This document shows, piece by piece, positions 37,935 through 50,890 of a stretch of 64,000 bases of DNA (the first letter of the stretch is position 1; each line of letters begins with the position of its first letter). The stretch comes from Macrostomum lignano (Eukaryota), in assembly GCA_002269645.1 (NCBI GenBank), contig NIVC01001283.1, positions 248,001 to 312,000 on the forward strand, read 5' to 3'. Position numbers and translations under genes: made by a program. Below the pieces are notes generated by a model, which made no database searches, had not been told where the DNA came from, and saw only the letters and a list, made by a program, of their open reading frames with translations.

Positions 37935-38873
37935 TCAAAGACCAGTGATGAACCTTTGAAAAATTATTTGCGCCGTTTTGATGCCGAAAATATCGAGCGG
38001 AGTGGCCATGACAGTCAGGTCCTTAGACGTCTCGTCGAGCTCTATTTGGTTGTAGGTTTTCTTTAAGTCCAAAATCGTGTAGACCTTACAACCTGACACT
38101 GCCGCAAATGCCAGGCATGTCTTGATGTACTTCGGCTTGGCCTCGCTCTTGAGCTCTAAGTGTGCCTCTTTGGTGCACTGTCCGAGGGTCCTGTCCCGCG
38201 TTCTGTGTGTCGGAGTGTCCAATTGTGATTGCACTCAGGTCGAAATTTAAAACATCTCTGCCAAGTAAGGCAAAGCGTCTACTCGAAGCTACAACTTGGA
38301 ACGTGACTTGGATTTGTCATTTGTTCCAGACTGCCGGTACAGTCAGTTGGCCTAGCAGGTCAAACTTGTGTTTGTCCATGTAGCCAATCAGGACTGCCTT
38401 GCTCAGTCGTAAGCGAGGTTTGCCGATGCTTTTCCACAAGCTGCTGGACATGACCGAAACTGTAGCGTTGACTCAAGCTGACACTAAACTTCCTGATCCC
38501 GGACTTTGGCGGAGCACACTAGAGATATTGACAGATAGGGGTCGTCATTGACTGCTGCAGCGTGCACCACGGACAGAACATCCGCCGGCTGTGCGTTTCC
38601 CGCCTGCGCCTCATGATTCTGACTCCCTGCTCTTGACTTGCCCATATTCTCAAAGTGGTTCATCTTACCACATTTCCAACAGGCCTTTCCCATGGCTGAC
38701 ACTGGACTTTTTCCTTGTGTTTTCCACCGCACCTTGGACACTGAAATTCTGAGGCAACGCCCGACGCTGGGTGGAACTCTTTGTCGGTAGATCTGCCATG
38801 TTTCCACCGTGCTTGTCTGCCTATTTTCATGACCGTCCCTGGTCCAGCCGCAAGAACCCAGACGCAATAACAA
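37935..38873 (-). pseudogene. Gypsy gag-protease-RT remnant
   Basis: Zinc knuckle CWKCGKMNH, protease end ALLGRD, RT ILDLKKTYNQIEL. Confidence 0.75.
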
Positions 38874-39156
38874 AAAAATTTTCAGGTTTTAGGCCATAGA
38901 CATAAGGATTTGAAATAACGTAGCTGTTATTAAGTGTATTTTAAACAAGAAAAAACGTCGAAACAGACGAAACTGCAAACTAGCAAGGTAGCAGAAACAG
39001 GAAGAAAGACGACCTAGCAGGCGACGACATCATCGGTGGCGTCCAATTCGTCGCCGAATTCTTAGTCGAGGGCGTCCAGATCCGCGGTTGACGCTCCAGG
39101 GCCGGCTTTTGTGATATGACAACATTGAGCGGCGACGATGGCAGTGCTAGCTGCTG

Positions 39157-39411
39157 CTAGCGGGCGCGTTTGGCCACCGGCGGCGTCAGTGGTGACGACA
39201 GTCGGGATTGGAAGTCGTCGTCGTCGTCGCCGAATAGTTCTCGTTTAATTCTGCTGCTGCTAATCGGCTGGCCCGGTGTCTCTTCGTCACTGTCCGGGAC
39301 CACGATCGCGGTGATCATAACATCATCATCAGCTGCCTGCCGCTCGGCTTCCTCACACGCCTCGATCAAGTCATCGACATCTTCGGTATCTTCGGCATCG
39401 TAGTTGTCCAT
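39157..39411 (-). CDS. Short acidic ORF (84 aa) ending in basic PVAKRAR; function unknown
   Basis: ATG-to-stop GC-rich ORF in AT-rich flanks; octamer about 135 bp upstream. Confidence 0.35.
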   Translation of the reverse strand: MDNYDAEDTEDVDDLIEACEEAERQAADDDVMITAIVVPDSDEETPGQPISSSRIKRELFGDDDDDFQSRLSSPLTPPVAKRAR

Positions 39412-39933
39412 GTCGCACCAAATATTCAATTTTTTAATAGGAAAGTGCACCAAAAGAACTAAAACAGCAACAGCAGCGACTAAAGCGTTCTCTTGGTTTC
39501 CTTTCTCCTACTATATATATGACTGGGCACCGCTGTTAATTTTGTTGTCTATGGCTAAAAGACCCTTTTGCTTGACCAAGCAGAAGAAGAGAGAGCCATA
39601 TCTATATATATTTTTTTTTAGGAAAAAGTGCTGGGCATCGCTGCGGCGCAGTGCTATTAATATGTTTTGTCTATGACACGAACTCGACAACTTGAATACT
39701 GATTTACCATGCACGCATGCAGAAAATGAATTTCTTCTAAACCTGCTTTACCATGCAGAGCCGCTTTACTATAGCGCTTTACCAGAGCACACGTTTTCAA
39801 AATTGATTTTTTATTTTGGCTATTTTTCACTACTGATGGCTGGTCCTAAGAGTAGTGTGAGAGTAAATTAACCGAGTGACCTTTCTAGTTATATAGTATC
39901 TGTGGTTTGTAGTCAACATTTTACAGCGAATGT

Positions 39934-40683
39934 TTATTTACTCGCCCCGAAATTGAAGGTGCAGTTCTCAAAGCGGCAGTTACCGAATATGCTAGACACC
40001 TGACCCTGGCTATTTAGCACTGCAAATGCAAAAATAATTTTTCCTGAATTAGGCTTCTCAAGTTTCCTACTAATAAGAGCTCTCGGTGACTGCATGGTTA
40101 CCTGACTTACCGCTAGATAGATGCACTTCTTGGCTTGTGGTGACAAGTTCATTTGGGGATTTCGTTTTGGCACTGGTCTTCAGACTGGGAGTCTTTTTGA
40201 CTGTCGGTTGCTCGGCTGAGTCTATTGGGCGCTCCAAGGCACTGCGTATAGCCGTCGAAGGGGTGAAGACGGCTCGATCGGTAGCGCCGCATAGTTCGTT
40301 CACTTTTTTGCCCGGTAATACACATGATGTCACTCAGGCTATGACTTTTCTCTTTCAGGTCAGCGATTCTCGTCACTCGTATGCAATGGTTGGTGTACTC
40401 TCGAGACAAGCTGCACCGCTGGCTCAGGCGTTTCATCAGAGAGTTAAATCAATTTATGCCTCGTACTTGTTGAGTAGCGATGCGCAGGTTACCAGCCTTG
40501 TCGTTCGGTAGAGCTCGTGGGAATTGTCGAGATCAACTGTTCATTGAGGCCATCCACTTCCGGCAGGTCCGGCAGTTCTTCAGTTCCATGGTCGTTCTCA
40601 ATCCAATCAATGAAATCCCGCAAGGCCTGGTCATCGTGATGGTCCGTTGAACTAAGCTCAGACAGCAGTTGCAACTCGTCCAT
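39934..40683 (-). pseudogene. Internally deleted Crypton recombinase
   Basis: MDELQLLSELSSTDH..DFI N-terminus; YTNHCIRVT..ITGQKSERTMRRY; IFGNCRFENCTFNF. Confidence 0.75.
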
Positions 40684-41429
40684 CTTGACTCCGTTTAGCG
40701 AGTCCACGGAAAGATTTTTCCAATAGGGTGTTTTAATTTTTAAGAATCGCATAACATAATCAAAGACAGACTTTGAGGAAATTGTTTTGTCTATGGCATA
40801 TCTAAGTATATGGTAGACCTCGTATAAGCTCTCGTGTGTTTCGTAAATCGCAAAAACAACCAATAGCACCAGAGCAAAAAAGTGTGGAATAATGACATGG
40901 CGCTGCTTAAAAGTATAAATACAATTCACTTGTATAGTATGTAACTTAATTGAATACTATACAATCTACCTTTATTCTGCTCGTATGAGTCCTAATGATT
41001 GTCCTAATAACGCTATTAGTTCAGGCTTCCAAAGAACACTAGAACCATAAACAAAACGTGCTGAAAAATCAGCCAACATTTTATTTGAAACACGTAACAA
41101 AAAATACAATAGGCAATAAAGAATGCATAAATGGATGCCTGTCTTCATCTTCAGTACCATTCTAAGGTAACGCTAAGGTAACCGAACGGTTCCGCCGCGG
41201 CCAAGGGCGGACTCAGACGCTCCGGGAGACACTTGTTGCCGACCTGGAGGCAATTGGACTGACCCCCTCCCCCCCAGACTGCTGCGACCTGCCCTGCCCC
41301 TCTTTTTCGCAATCGTGTGCGCGCTAGCGCCCCCCCCCCGATCCTAGCGTCGTTGTAATGTAATGTAATTTAAGGTAACGCTGCACACCAGCTCGAGCGC
41401 ACACAAGCGTAGCAGGCGAACACAGACTT

Positions 41430-42456
41430 CCATCAGCTTTCTTTAGTCCAAATTAGTAAAAACGAAGGTAGTCCCCAATCTTATCCTTTGTCACGTTTTC
41501 TACCTCTTCAGCTGTATGCTTGCGAATGAAGTCAACCTCCCTGTTGCATAATTTGTTTTTTGTAGATCGCGGTAACGAGTCCAACTCGACTTTGTCCATG
41601 TCGGCAGCCACGGACTCGGGTACTTCTGGCAATTCGACTCCCGAAACATAATCTTCAGTGTTTGCCTGAAGATCCGTGAGAAAGTTAATAAAATTCTTTA
41701 GTTCGTCCTCGTCGTTGTGATCCGTAGAGCTTTGTGCAGTATTAAAGCTAGCTCGTTGTCGCTAACTCCATTCAAAGATTTCCAACATTGAGACGAGAGC
41801 CGAATTTTTCTGCTCCTGTCTTAGAAAACAGTCCCTTACAGATATAGTTTTAAGCTTAGGAAAGTCCTAGTCTATGGCCGACATAATTCCCCTAACTCTT
41901 TTATGTGATCTTTTCACCAAAAAACAAAATTCTCGGGACTCGTTTCGGTCATAGAAAATGCGCGTGTGTGGCATGTCTTAGCCGTAGATAATGCTCGCAG
42001 TCGCGAGTGGCGAAGCATTAGATGGACTCGTCCAATGATTCAATGATTTGAAAACCACTTCACACCGGGCTTGACCAACGGTTGCCAATAGAAACAGGTC
42101 TGGACACTTGAGTAAGTATTTTTTCAAATAGGCTCACATGGCGCCTAACAGAATCGGTAGACTCAAAGTGGACAGCCTTCTTTGGCTTAATTCTTTTTGT
42201 GACTGGCCAACTCTCCTCCAGCGTTAGTCTTTGAAACACATTTACGGTATACCAAGCACCGTTTCTCGTCTCTAATCTCAATTGACAGATAATCGGTTGT
42301 CATAGCGCTGTGCTCCTCTCCTCCTCTAAGGACAATATGCAACCAATTTAGATAGAAAAGTGTCCTGAGTAACTTCTTCGGAGTAACATTGCCCAGCACA
42401 TTGGTCCAAAAGGTGCATTCAAAAAGTTCTTTTCGGTGCCCTACAAAACTGAACAC
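41430..42456 (-). pseudogene. Crypton remnants (N-terminal STDH..NFI piece and central LRGGEEH piece)
   Basis: TPKKLLRTLFYLNWLHIVLRGGEEH matches the DUF3504 first-Arg box; 41500-41790 is homologous to 33303-33734. Confidence 0.65.
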
Positions 42457-42469
42457 AAAACAACTGGAA

Positions 42470-43560
42470 CTATGAAAACACTGTTAAATTGTTTAACATG
42501 ACTCTGTCACTCAATATATTCACCGCCAATGTCTTTGCACTTTGCCAGCGATGTACCAGACCTCTGATTCCGGAACTCACATCACTCGCGTCCGTTTGAC
42601 GAACAGTTAGATTACAAGCAGCTTCGATGTGCTCGACGCTGTCGAATCGAATGCTTCGAAGGTGCCTCTTCACAGATGGAAATAAAAAAATTCGCATAGC
42701 GAAAAATCAGGCGACTAAGGTGGATATTCGAGCACTTTCCAGCCCCATTTGCTCAGGAGTTCCACGACGTTGTGCTTGCGATGTGCTGGCGCATCACGCC
42801 AGATTCCAGCAGACCAGGGCGCTTCTTTCGTATTTCTGGGCGCAACTTCTCCTGCAGAATCCACTTGTAGTAGTCCCCATTGACGGTGGTTCCTTGTTGG
42901 ACTGCCCAGTTCAGCACGATTCCTTGGGAATCAAAAAGCATGACGTGCATGATCTTCATCGCACCCTACTTCCTGATGGCCTTCTGAGGTCTTGGAGAAT
43001 GTGCTGGAAGGCATTCGGCAGACTGGGACCTTGTCTCAGGATCCCAGCTGTAAACCCACGTCTCGTCTCCAGCAACAATTCTCGATAAAAAATCCTCTCC
43101 TTCACGATGGAACCGACACAGGTGGCTGCTTGAAGCCACAGTTCGCTGCATATTTTGCTCACCTGTCTGCAGGTGTGGCAACCACCTGCTGAACTTTTTT
43201 TGCAGGTGAAGATGCTCAGTCAGAATGGTGTGGACGCTTCCTACTGACACACGAATGTCTTCTGCCAACTCTTCGCAAGTCCGTCGCCGATCATCATCCA
43301 GGAGTTCCTGCACTGTCTTCACAGCAGTCTCGTTGGTTGCTGTCATCGGCCTTTCAGAGCGATCATTGTCTTCAACGCTCTCTCGTCCCTCAGCGAATAG
43401 CTGGTACCATTTTCGAACTGTCTGCTCAGTTGGTGCACAGTTGCCAAGCACTTACTGAAGCTCCCTAAACATATCCGGTGGCTTTTTTCCTTGCAGAAAC
43501 TGAAACTTCATCAAGCTTCGAACGTCTGGTTTAGAACTGAGGCCTAACAACAGTATACCT
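42470..43560 (-). mobile_element. mariner (SETMAR-like) transposase pseudogene
   Basis: TVRKWYQLFAEGRESVED..RP, SRWLPH, IVAGDETWVY; stops and deletions in the second half. Confidence 0.88.
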
Positions 43561-44819
43561 AGCAACATTTCTCGTCTCTAATCTCAATTGATAGCTCGTA
43601 GTTGTTCGATTGTAAGTCAGTTCGGCCTCTCACCTCTCAGGTGCCGAGCTCTCAGATTCAGCTTTTATTTCATTTATCGGTTGCTATATCTCTCGAGAGT
43701 CTCCTCTCTAGTGATGCTCACACGAACAGGCAATTCAGCCTAGCAAACACCATTGACAAATTAATAATAAATGTTCTAATAACTTAGAAAAACTTTTCTG
43801 CTGTGCCCCAGCCTTTATCTCTGTTTAATCCCCAGTGTGGCTCAGTCCAGTGTCTATTGTATGTAACGCATTTTATTTTATGGCCGGGTCAGGAAATATT
43901 TCACGGCCGGGCCGTGAAATCAGCTAGTGCAGAACAGTGCCTGGCCGAGCCACACTTAGGTTCAAATATGATAACACCCTCTAGATTTGCTGTCTATGGC
44001 GTAAAGAATGGCTTCGGACTGCGCTTCTAGGCCTCCTCAACCATTCTATACGCCAAAAAAACAAATCTGGGGGGGGGATTTTATCTTATACTTATTCCCC
44101 ACTTGGTCGCACATTTATTTCTTTCTTTGGCCGAGTCATAGAAAAAGGCACCGGGCCAAAGAAGCGGGCCAATAAAAGGTGGAAACGAGTTTTATTTGGA
44201 AACTATAATGCAATTAATAATGAATTTAATAGGGGAGCATGTAGAGTAGCCATATTGTCAATACGGATCAGCCAAACGTAGTCTACTCGAATATATTGGT
44301 CACGCTGTTCGTTTCACCACAGATGTTAATCTTCATTTTCTTAGTTGTTCCCATCATCCCTACCGTCGCAGAAGATTCTCCCTTGACAAAAGCGATCGAA
44401 TCAGAGCCTGCTGATTCGTCCGGTTGGTCTCCGTAGGCAGCAGCGACTAAATTTATGTCAGATGGGGGCGAGATGGCCGAGGTCAGGCAAACAGACGTAG
44501 ACTCGACCATCGGACAAGAGCAAAGAGTATTGAGGTCGCCTAGTATAGAGTGCCAATAAGGATGAAAATCTGAAGCCGATTTTTAGAATCCACCCACCCC
44601 TCCGGTCACCAAGCTTTTTAGTCTATGGCACAAGTTGTGGCTAGAATGGTGTACAAAGCCGATGCTCAGAAATATACATAAAGTGCATGAGAAAAATACA
44701 AGTAGCTAATGTAGCTGGACGAATACCATGTATGCTTAAAACGTCCTCAAGACTTTATTTCTGTATCCATACTGTAACTGTACGTACATTTATTGCATTG
44801 TGTAAGGAGAAAAGAAGTT

Positions 44820-47800
44820 ACTACTATATGAACCCGTATGTGTTGATTTTGGAGGGGGGGGTGGGTGTCAACCCTCCTCGCCTCTCATTGGCTGGCGCCC
44901 CGATCACTAGGTGATCGATACCCGTATCGATATCGGCGCTCGGCGCGCGCGCGCCGCAGGCGCGTGGCGCCAAGCGCCGCAGGCGCACCCTCCCGATATT
45001 AGATCCCAATAAATCAATCAGATCCCAAATCAATCAGATCCCAAATCAATCAGATCCCAAATCAATCAGATCCAAGCGCACCCTCCAGAGCAGCAGGCGT
45101 CCATGCCGCAGGCGCCCCTCCCCACCGCACGCGCCCTCCCCCGACATGTATGCCGCAGGCGCCCTCCCCGCCTCAGGCGCCCCTCCCGATATGTATGCGC
45201 ACTCTCCCTATATGTACACCGATATGTATGCAGCAGGCGCCCGAGTGTACACTCTCCCGATATGTGTGTACACCGATATGTAGTCATCGATACGGGCCTC
45301 TTCCCCTCTCTCACCTACATCTCAACTAGCGAAATCGAACCCAGGTCGCGCCCATACTAGGACACTACACGGTTGTGGGGTATAGGGAGCGAGAAGTTTC
45401 AACCCTAACGCTGACGCAGCCCTGTACAGTGAGAGTGTACGGGCAGAGAGGGGTGGGGCGGACAGAGAACCAGCCACTAGGTTGTTATACTGTTGAAGCA
45501 TAGGGAGCGAGAAGTTTTAACCCCGATGCTGACGCAGCCCTGTACACTGAGCGTGTACGGGCAGAGGGTGGGTGGAAAGAGATGTGAATAACACAGCCTG
45601 CTGCAGGAGCCGGATAGAGAGGCGCATGCTAGGACAGAGAGGTAGTGTGAGTCACACACACCCCACAGAGAAAGCCATACAGAGGATAGAGAGCTCCCTC
45701 CCCAGTTGCAGGGGACAGAGAGGCAGGCAGGGTATGCAGGGGCATGCGAACCGTCAAGGGGCCACGCGAGGATAGAGTGGAGGAGCAGAGATGTGTTTGG
45801 ACAGAGAGCCAGCCACGTGTGCGTAGTGTGAGGGAACAGAAACATATGGAGCAGGAGGGAGATAGGAAGCAAACGCGCAGGGTAAGGGAGCCACACAGGG
45901 CGGTACAGTGAGACACGGGCAGGGGTGGAGCCGTGCGTGGACAGAGCTGAACGGCACGGTCAGCTGCAGGAATAGGATGATAGAGAGGCGCGGAGGGGGA
46001 CAGAGAGCAGTGTGCAGGGGTAGGCAGCCACGCAGGCTGGGGAACAGAGAGGCGCGTGTCAGCCAGTTGCAGCCCGGGACAGAGAAGTATGAAGGGGGCC
46101 TGGGACAGAGTTCCGAGCAAGGCACAGAGGTAGGGTCCTGTAGCTATGTATAGGCAGGGAGCCACGCGAGGGCAGGACAGGGGAGCAGACATGCAAGTTG
46201 CATGCAAGGCCAGAGAGGTGTGCGCGGAGGGAGACAGAGAGCAGTGTGTAGGGGTAGGTAACAGCAAACTTTAGTAGCGGCGCGTGCGGGGACGGAGAAA
46301 CCAGTCAGAGCATACAGAGACGTTACAGAGAGGTACACAAGCAGAGACCAAAGCGAGCAGAGCACATGTGTAGGGACAGAGACGTGAGGGAGAATCGACC
46401 AAAACACGCTATGTATTTTCAAAAGTTGGTTTTAGTGCAACATGTTTAATAGTGGGTAGTATAATAGTATGTACATAGTAGGTATAATAGTAGTAATAAT
46501 AGTAAGCATATTAGCCCAAAAGGTAGACTAAAACAGGCTAAACTGTGTGTACGCATCCTCATCACCCCACAAGCCCCCTCTCCCGCCAGACTCACTCTAC
46601 CAAACCCTCCTGTATTGCTGCATGAAGGAAAATATAGTGTAAAAATACAGATCTTAACCGTCAGACCGCTGAAATCAGGGCACACTAGAGGGGGTTTCGG
46701 GGTCTGCATGCTCTATGTAAGCTGCTTGAGGAGGTTCCAAGGGCGTTGTGAGGGTTTCCATTATGTTTTGAAAAAAAACTAGAGGCTTAAATACAACGTT
46801 TTATTCAAAAGTAGGTTATTTTAATGAAATAGCTGACACAATCATTGTCGAGAGTAGAAATTTTTATAAGAAACCAGGCATTTTAGCAAAAATAAACCTT
46901 CAAACCACATAAAATTGAATAAAAAGCAGACATTTTCAATTATAAACCGCAAGTATTTTAATAGAAAAGTAAGCAAACAAGGCACAAAACCAGCAAATTT
47001 TACCTTTTTATTTTAATGTTACTGATAAGGTAGAGAGTAGAAACTTGTGAGCTGTACGGAGTTAGAAAGTATTAACCATTATGTATCGTATGAATTATTA
47101 GTTCAGTACCAGCCATTGGTCAAGCGAGCATTTATGAAGTTATTACGAGTGATGAAGGGATAGAGAGCTATATACAGGAAGACAGTATCCTTCTAAACCA
47201 CCACGAACAGATTGCTAATAGAGATAAGCTTTGTCTGTGTGCAGTATGAGTAAGCGAAGGCGGGGCAAATACTTTTCCACATGCCGGACAGAACAGTATT
47301 GTGCTAGGATTTCTCTCGAAATCGCGGTACGTTACTAGTTTTTATCACACCATCCAGATGCGTCAACTAGTCAGCAGTAGTCATTTATATGTTATTAGAA
47401 CTTACAAACCCAGGTCAAGTAAATATTACAAAGAGTATATTACGTACACACGCCAACTCCGAATACCAAGCCATACTAGTCTACTTGCAGTGCTCCTGGA
47501 GGGAAGGGACGGCGGGGTGTACATCCGGCAGGGTGGGCGTCCAGCGAGTGTACATCTGACAGGATGGGTGTTCAGCAAGTGTACATCTGACAGGGTGGGC
47601 GTTCAGCAAGTGTACCTTCAGCGTCGAGTAGGTGTACACCCGTCAGTGGGAACTCAGCCCCTCCCACCAATGTCGTGTGCATGCGGTTAGTCAGTATAGT
47701 GGTGGGGTAGACGGTGCAGGAAGGAAACCCAGATGCTGACGCTGCCCTGTACAGCGAGCAACCAGCCCTCCTGTAGCAGGAGGGGGACAGAGAGTGCGTG

Positions 47801-49913
47801 GAGGCAGTAGGAGATAGAGGACGCTACCCGGCATGTCGCAGCACGCGGCGCGGGACAGAGAGGCAGTGTGTAAGTCACCCCCACAAGGAGAGCTGCCCTG
47901 GCAGGAGGCGCGGGACAGAGAGGCGGTGAATCACACCCCACGGAGAGAGCCGTACAGCGAGCTTCCCCACCCGAGTCCGGTAAATATTACAGAGTATTAC
48001 GTGCACACGCCAGCCCTGAATACCAAGCCATACTAGTCTACCTGCAGTGCTCCCAGAGGGAAGGGATGGTCAGGAGTTACACACCAAGAATGCATTCATA
48101 CAAAGAGTACACAACTCGAGCCCAGACACCAAGTCACAGTCTACTTACAGTAGAGATGGTAGATTAATAGCAAGATTATATTACAATTAGACCTCCCTAG
48201 CACATGAGGAGTGAAATTCAATAATAATTGAATTCAATAATAATACAACATTTAGACGTAGTAATTTAATTACAAAATACCACTAACACTGAGCCAACGA
48301 ATTGTAGGTTACAAAGGAGTTGCCACTCATATGGAAAGCCAGTATAATGCAGGTGTATATTATTAAAACATAGACAAAAACGATGCAGACGTATATACAC
48401 ACTATTGATTTTGTACATGTACATTTCGGCATATTACCACACATCGCAGGCACATATTATATATCGGGGATAGGTTAAAATACACACATCGTAGATGTAG
48501 AAGCAGACACAATGCAGGAAAATTATGATACGAGTGTACATATTAGTGCGTAAAAGTATCATATTATGACACCCTGTAGCACATATTGACATAATGCAGG
48601 GGAAAATATTGACAGAAATAGTACACAATTGTAGAGGTAACAACCCGCCAACTAGTAAGGACATCCAGCACTTGTTCAGGTTTTTATTATTTCGAGACGA
48701 GTGTCATGCCCCCGCAAGAGATCTTATCAGAAATTTGTTGAACTCCACTGCAACTCTCCCCAGAGCCTCCAAATGTGAGTTTTTAACCCAGGGTCGAGTA
48801 CAAAGGACCCGCCCACTCTTAACCCCAAGGGGTGATCGTAGCGGAGACCAAGTACAGTGCGGACGGAGAGGGGTAACAGAAAGCGCTACATCAGACCGTA
48901 GGGCTGCATTCCTCCCCCGAGGTAGGCGCGTCAGCTCCCACTCCTCATTTAACCATCAAGTAAACTAAAGAAGTCAAGCAGAAAGCCTTACAATCACCCG
49001 CAACCAGCACAAGTAAGAGTACTTTCCACTAGAGAGCCATAGTGCAAGATTCGCGAGCCAAGTTGAAGAAGCACACCAAATTACACTAAAGACATATGTA
49101 TTAAAAAGCATACCGGCACCTCTACAAAAACACAGTATGTACCGATTAAAGTTGCTTTTGGTGCAGTGTATTTAATAAAAAGCAGGTACCTAACACAAAA
49201 GTAGGCATCAATGCAGTGCACGGGCTAAACTGTATTTACAAACGCAGGGCAACGAACTACACACAATGTAGCGCATAGACATAATTGTACGCATAAATGT
49301 ACGCAATTTCCGGTATATAGGACCAAATGTACACAATGTACACAAACACACACACACACACTCAGGCGTATTCACAGCAAGAGCTTCCTGCCGATGGCGC
49401 CATCGCCTGCGGCGATCGGTGCTGCAGGATGCGCTGCAGGATGCGCCTGAGTGTCCACACAGGACACACATATCGGGAGAGTGTACACTCGGGGCGCCTG
49501 CTGCATACATATCGGTGTACATATAGGGAGAGTGCGCATACATATCGGGAGGGGCGCCTGAGGCGGGGAGGGCGCCTGCGGCATACATGTCGGGGGAGGG
49601 CGCGTGCGGTGGGGAGGGGCGCCTGCGGCATGGACGCCTGCTGCTCTGGAGGGTGCGCTTGGGATCTGATTGATTTGGGATCTGATTGATTTGGGATCTG
49701 ATTGATTTGGGATCTGATTGATTTATTGGGATCTAATATCGGGAGGGTGCGCCTGCGGCGCTTGGCGCCACGCGCCTGCGGCGCGCGCGCGCCGAGCGCC
49801 GATATCGATACGGGTATCGATCACCTAGTGATCGGGGCGCCAGCCAATGAGAGGCGAGGAGGGTTGACACCCACCCCCCTCCAAAATCAACACATACGGG
49901 TTCATATAGTAGT
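44820..49913. mobile_element. Non-autonomous Maverick/Polinton-like element
   Basis: About 450-bp near-perfect TIRs (44820-45269; 49464-49913), ends ACTACT..AGTAGT, 6-bp TSD GAAGTT (44814-19, 49914-19); no recognisable ORF inside. Confidence 0.65.
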
Positions 49914-50142
49914 GAAGTTGAGCAGGATTCTTGCAGCAGAGTCGGAAAGACAAAAACATAAGTGATAAACGCGTTATGTTAAGGCAGAGTGAAGGTGCAG
50001 CAGTGGGAAAAGCAAAAAGCATAAGTGATAAACAGGCAGAGCGAAAGAAAACAGTACTATGAGCAAATAAGCAGGAAGTAATGTAGCAAACATGTCAAGT
50101 GAGAGAGGAGAGGAGTCATAGCCTTGATCGCCAGAAGAATAT

Positions 50143-50445
50143 CTAAAAATTCATGAAGATTATTGTTCTGTGCAACCGATTCCGCACAGATAGACCATGT
50201 AGCTTGTCGCGACTGGCCTTTTCGATGTGTTTAGAACGCAGGAGGAAAAAGAATTCGGCAAAGAAGGAAATTAGCTGCGGTCCGTGGTTGTTGCTTAAAC
50301 TGTTGCAGGTCAGTGAGTCAATGAGTTGCAAGTCCATTGCCAGCGCGAAAATAGAAGATTTATATTTACTGAGAACATTTTTATCCTGATAGGCTTGTCG
50401 AATTACAATATCTCTGATGGTTGATGATACGCATCCATTTGACAT
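50143..50445 (-). pseudogene. P/THAP9-like transposase extreme C-terminus
   Basis: HGPQLISFFAEFFFLLRSKH..RNRLHRTIIFMN resembles the THAP9-family tail. Confidence 0.45.
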
Positions 50446-50890
50446 CTCCAGCAGATCTTAGTGGCACCCGCGCTCGCCACTCTCTCAGACGATCGACGTC
50501 CTTGAAAGGCAGACGAAAGAAGGATACAGATGCATCAGAAACGCAGTTATTGCAATTAGCTACCGCGCACTTTAGTGGCTTGGCTGTTGTTGTTCAGACG
50601 TAAGGGCTATATGACATGGCTGTTACGGAGTTGTGTATCGACGACGGCAACTGAGTCTGGTGACTGAGCGATGTTGTCTTGCTTATTTGATACATGCATT
50701 TTCTAAGTGTGAAATGTCTTATATTTCTGAGCATCGGCTTTGTACACCATTCTAGCCACAACTTGTGCCATAGACTAAAAAGTGTTATGCTTTTCGTATT
50801 GTGCTTTTGGAGACCGTGATGCGCAAAGACCGCTCTTGAATTGTTAAGTTCTTTTGGAGCTCTTGGGCTCTCAGCTTTTCTCAAATTTTA

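Noticed and set aside
42263-43593. 24-bp direct repeat TTTCTCGTCTCTAATCTCAATTGA around the mariner region
   Set aside because: Too long for a mariner TSD and not at its ends; probably a small duplicated piece of Crypton coding sequence.
45477-46422. ORFs inside the Polinton-like element
   Set aside because: Low-complexity translations of GA/CT-rich repeats with no domain motifs.
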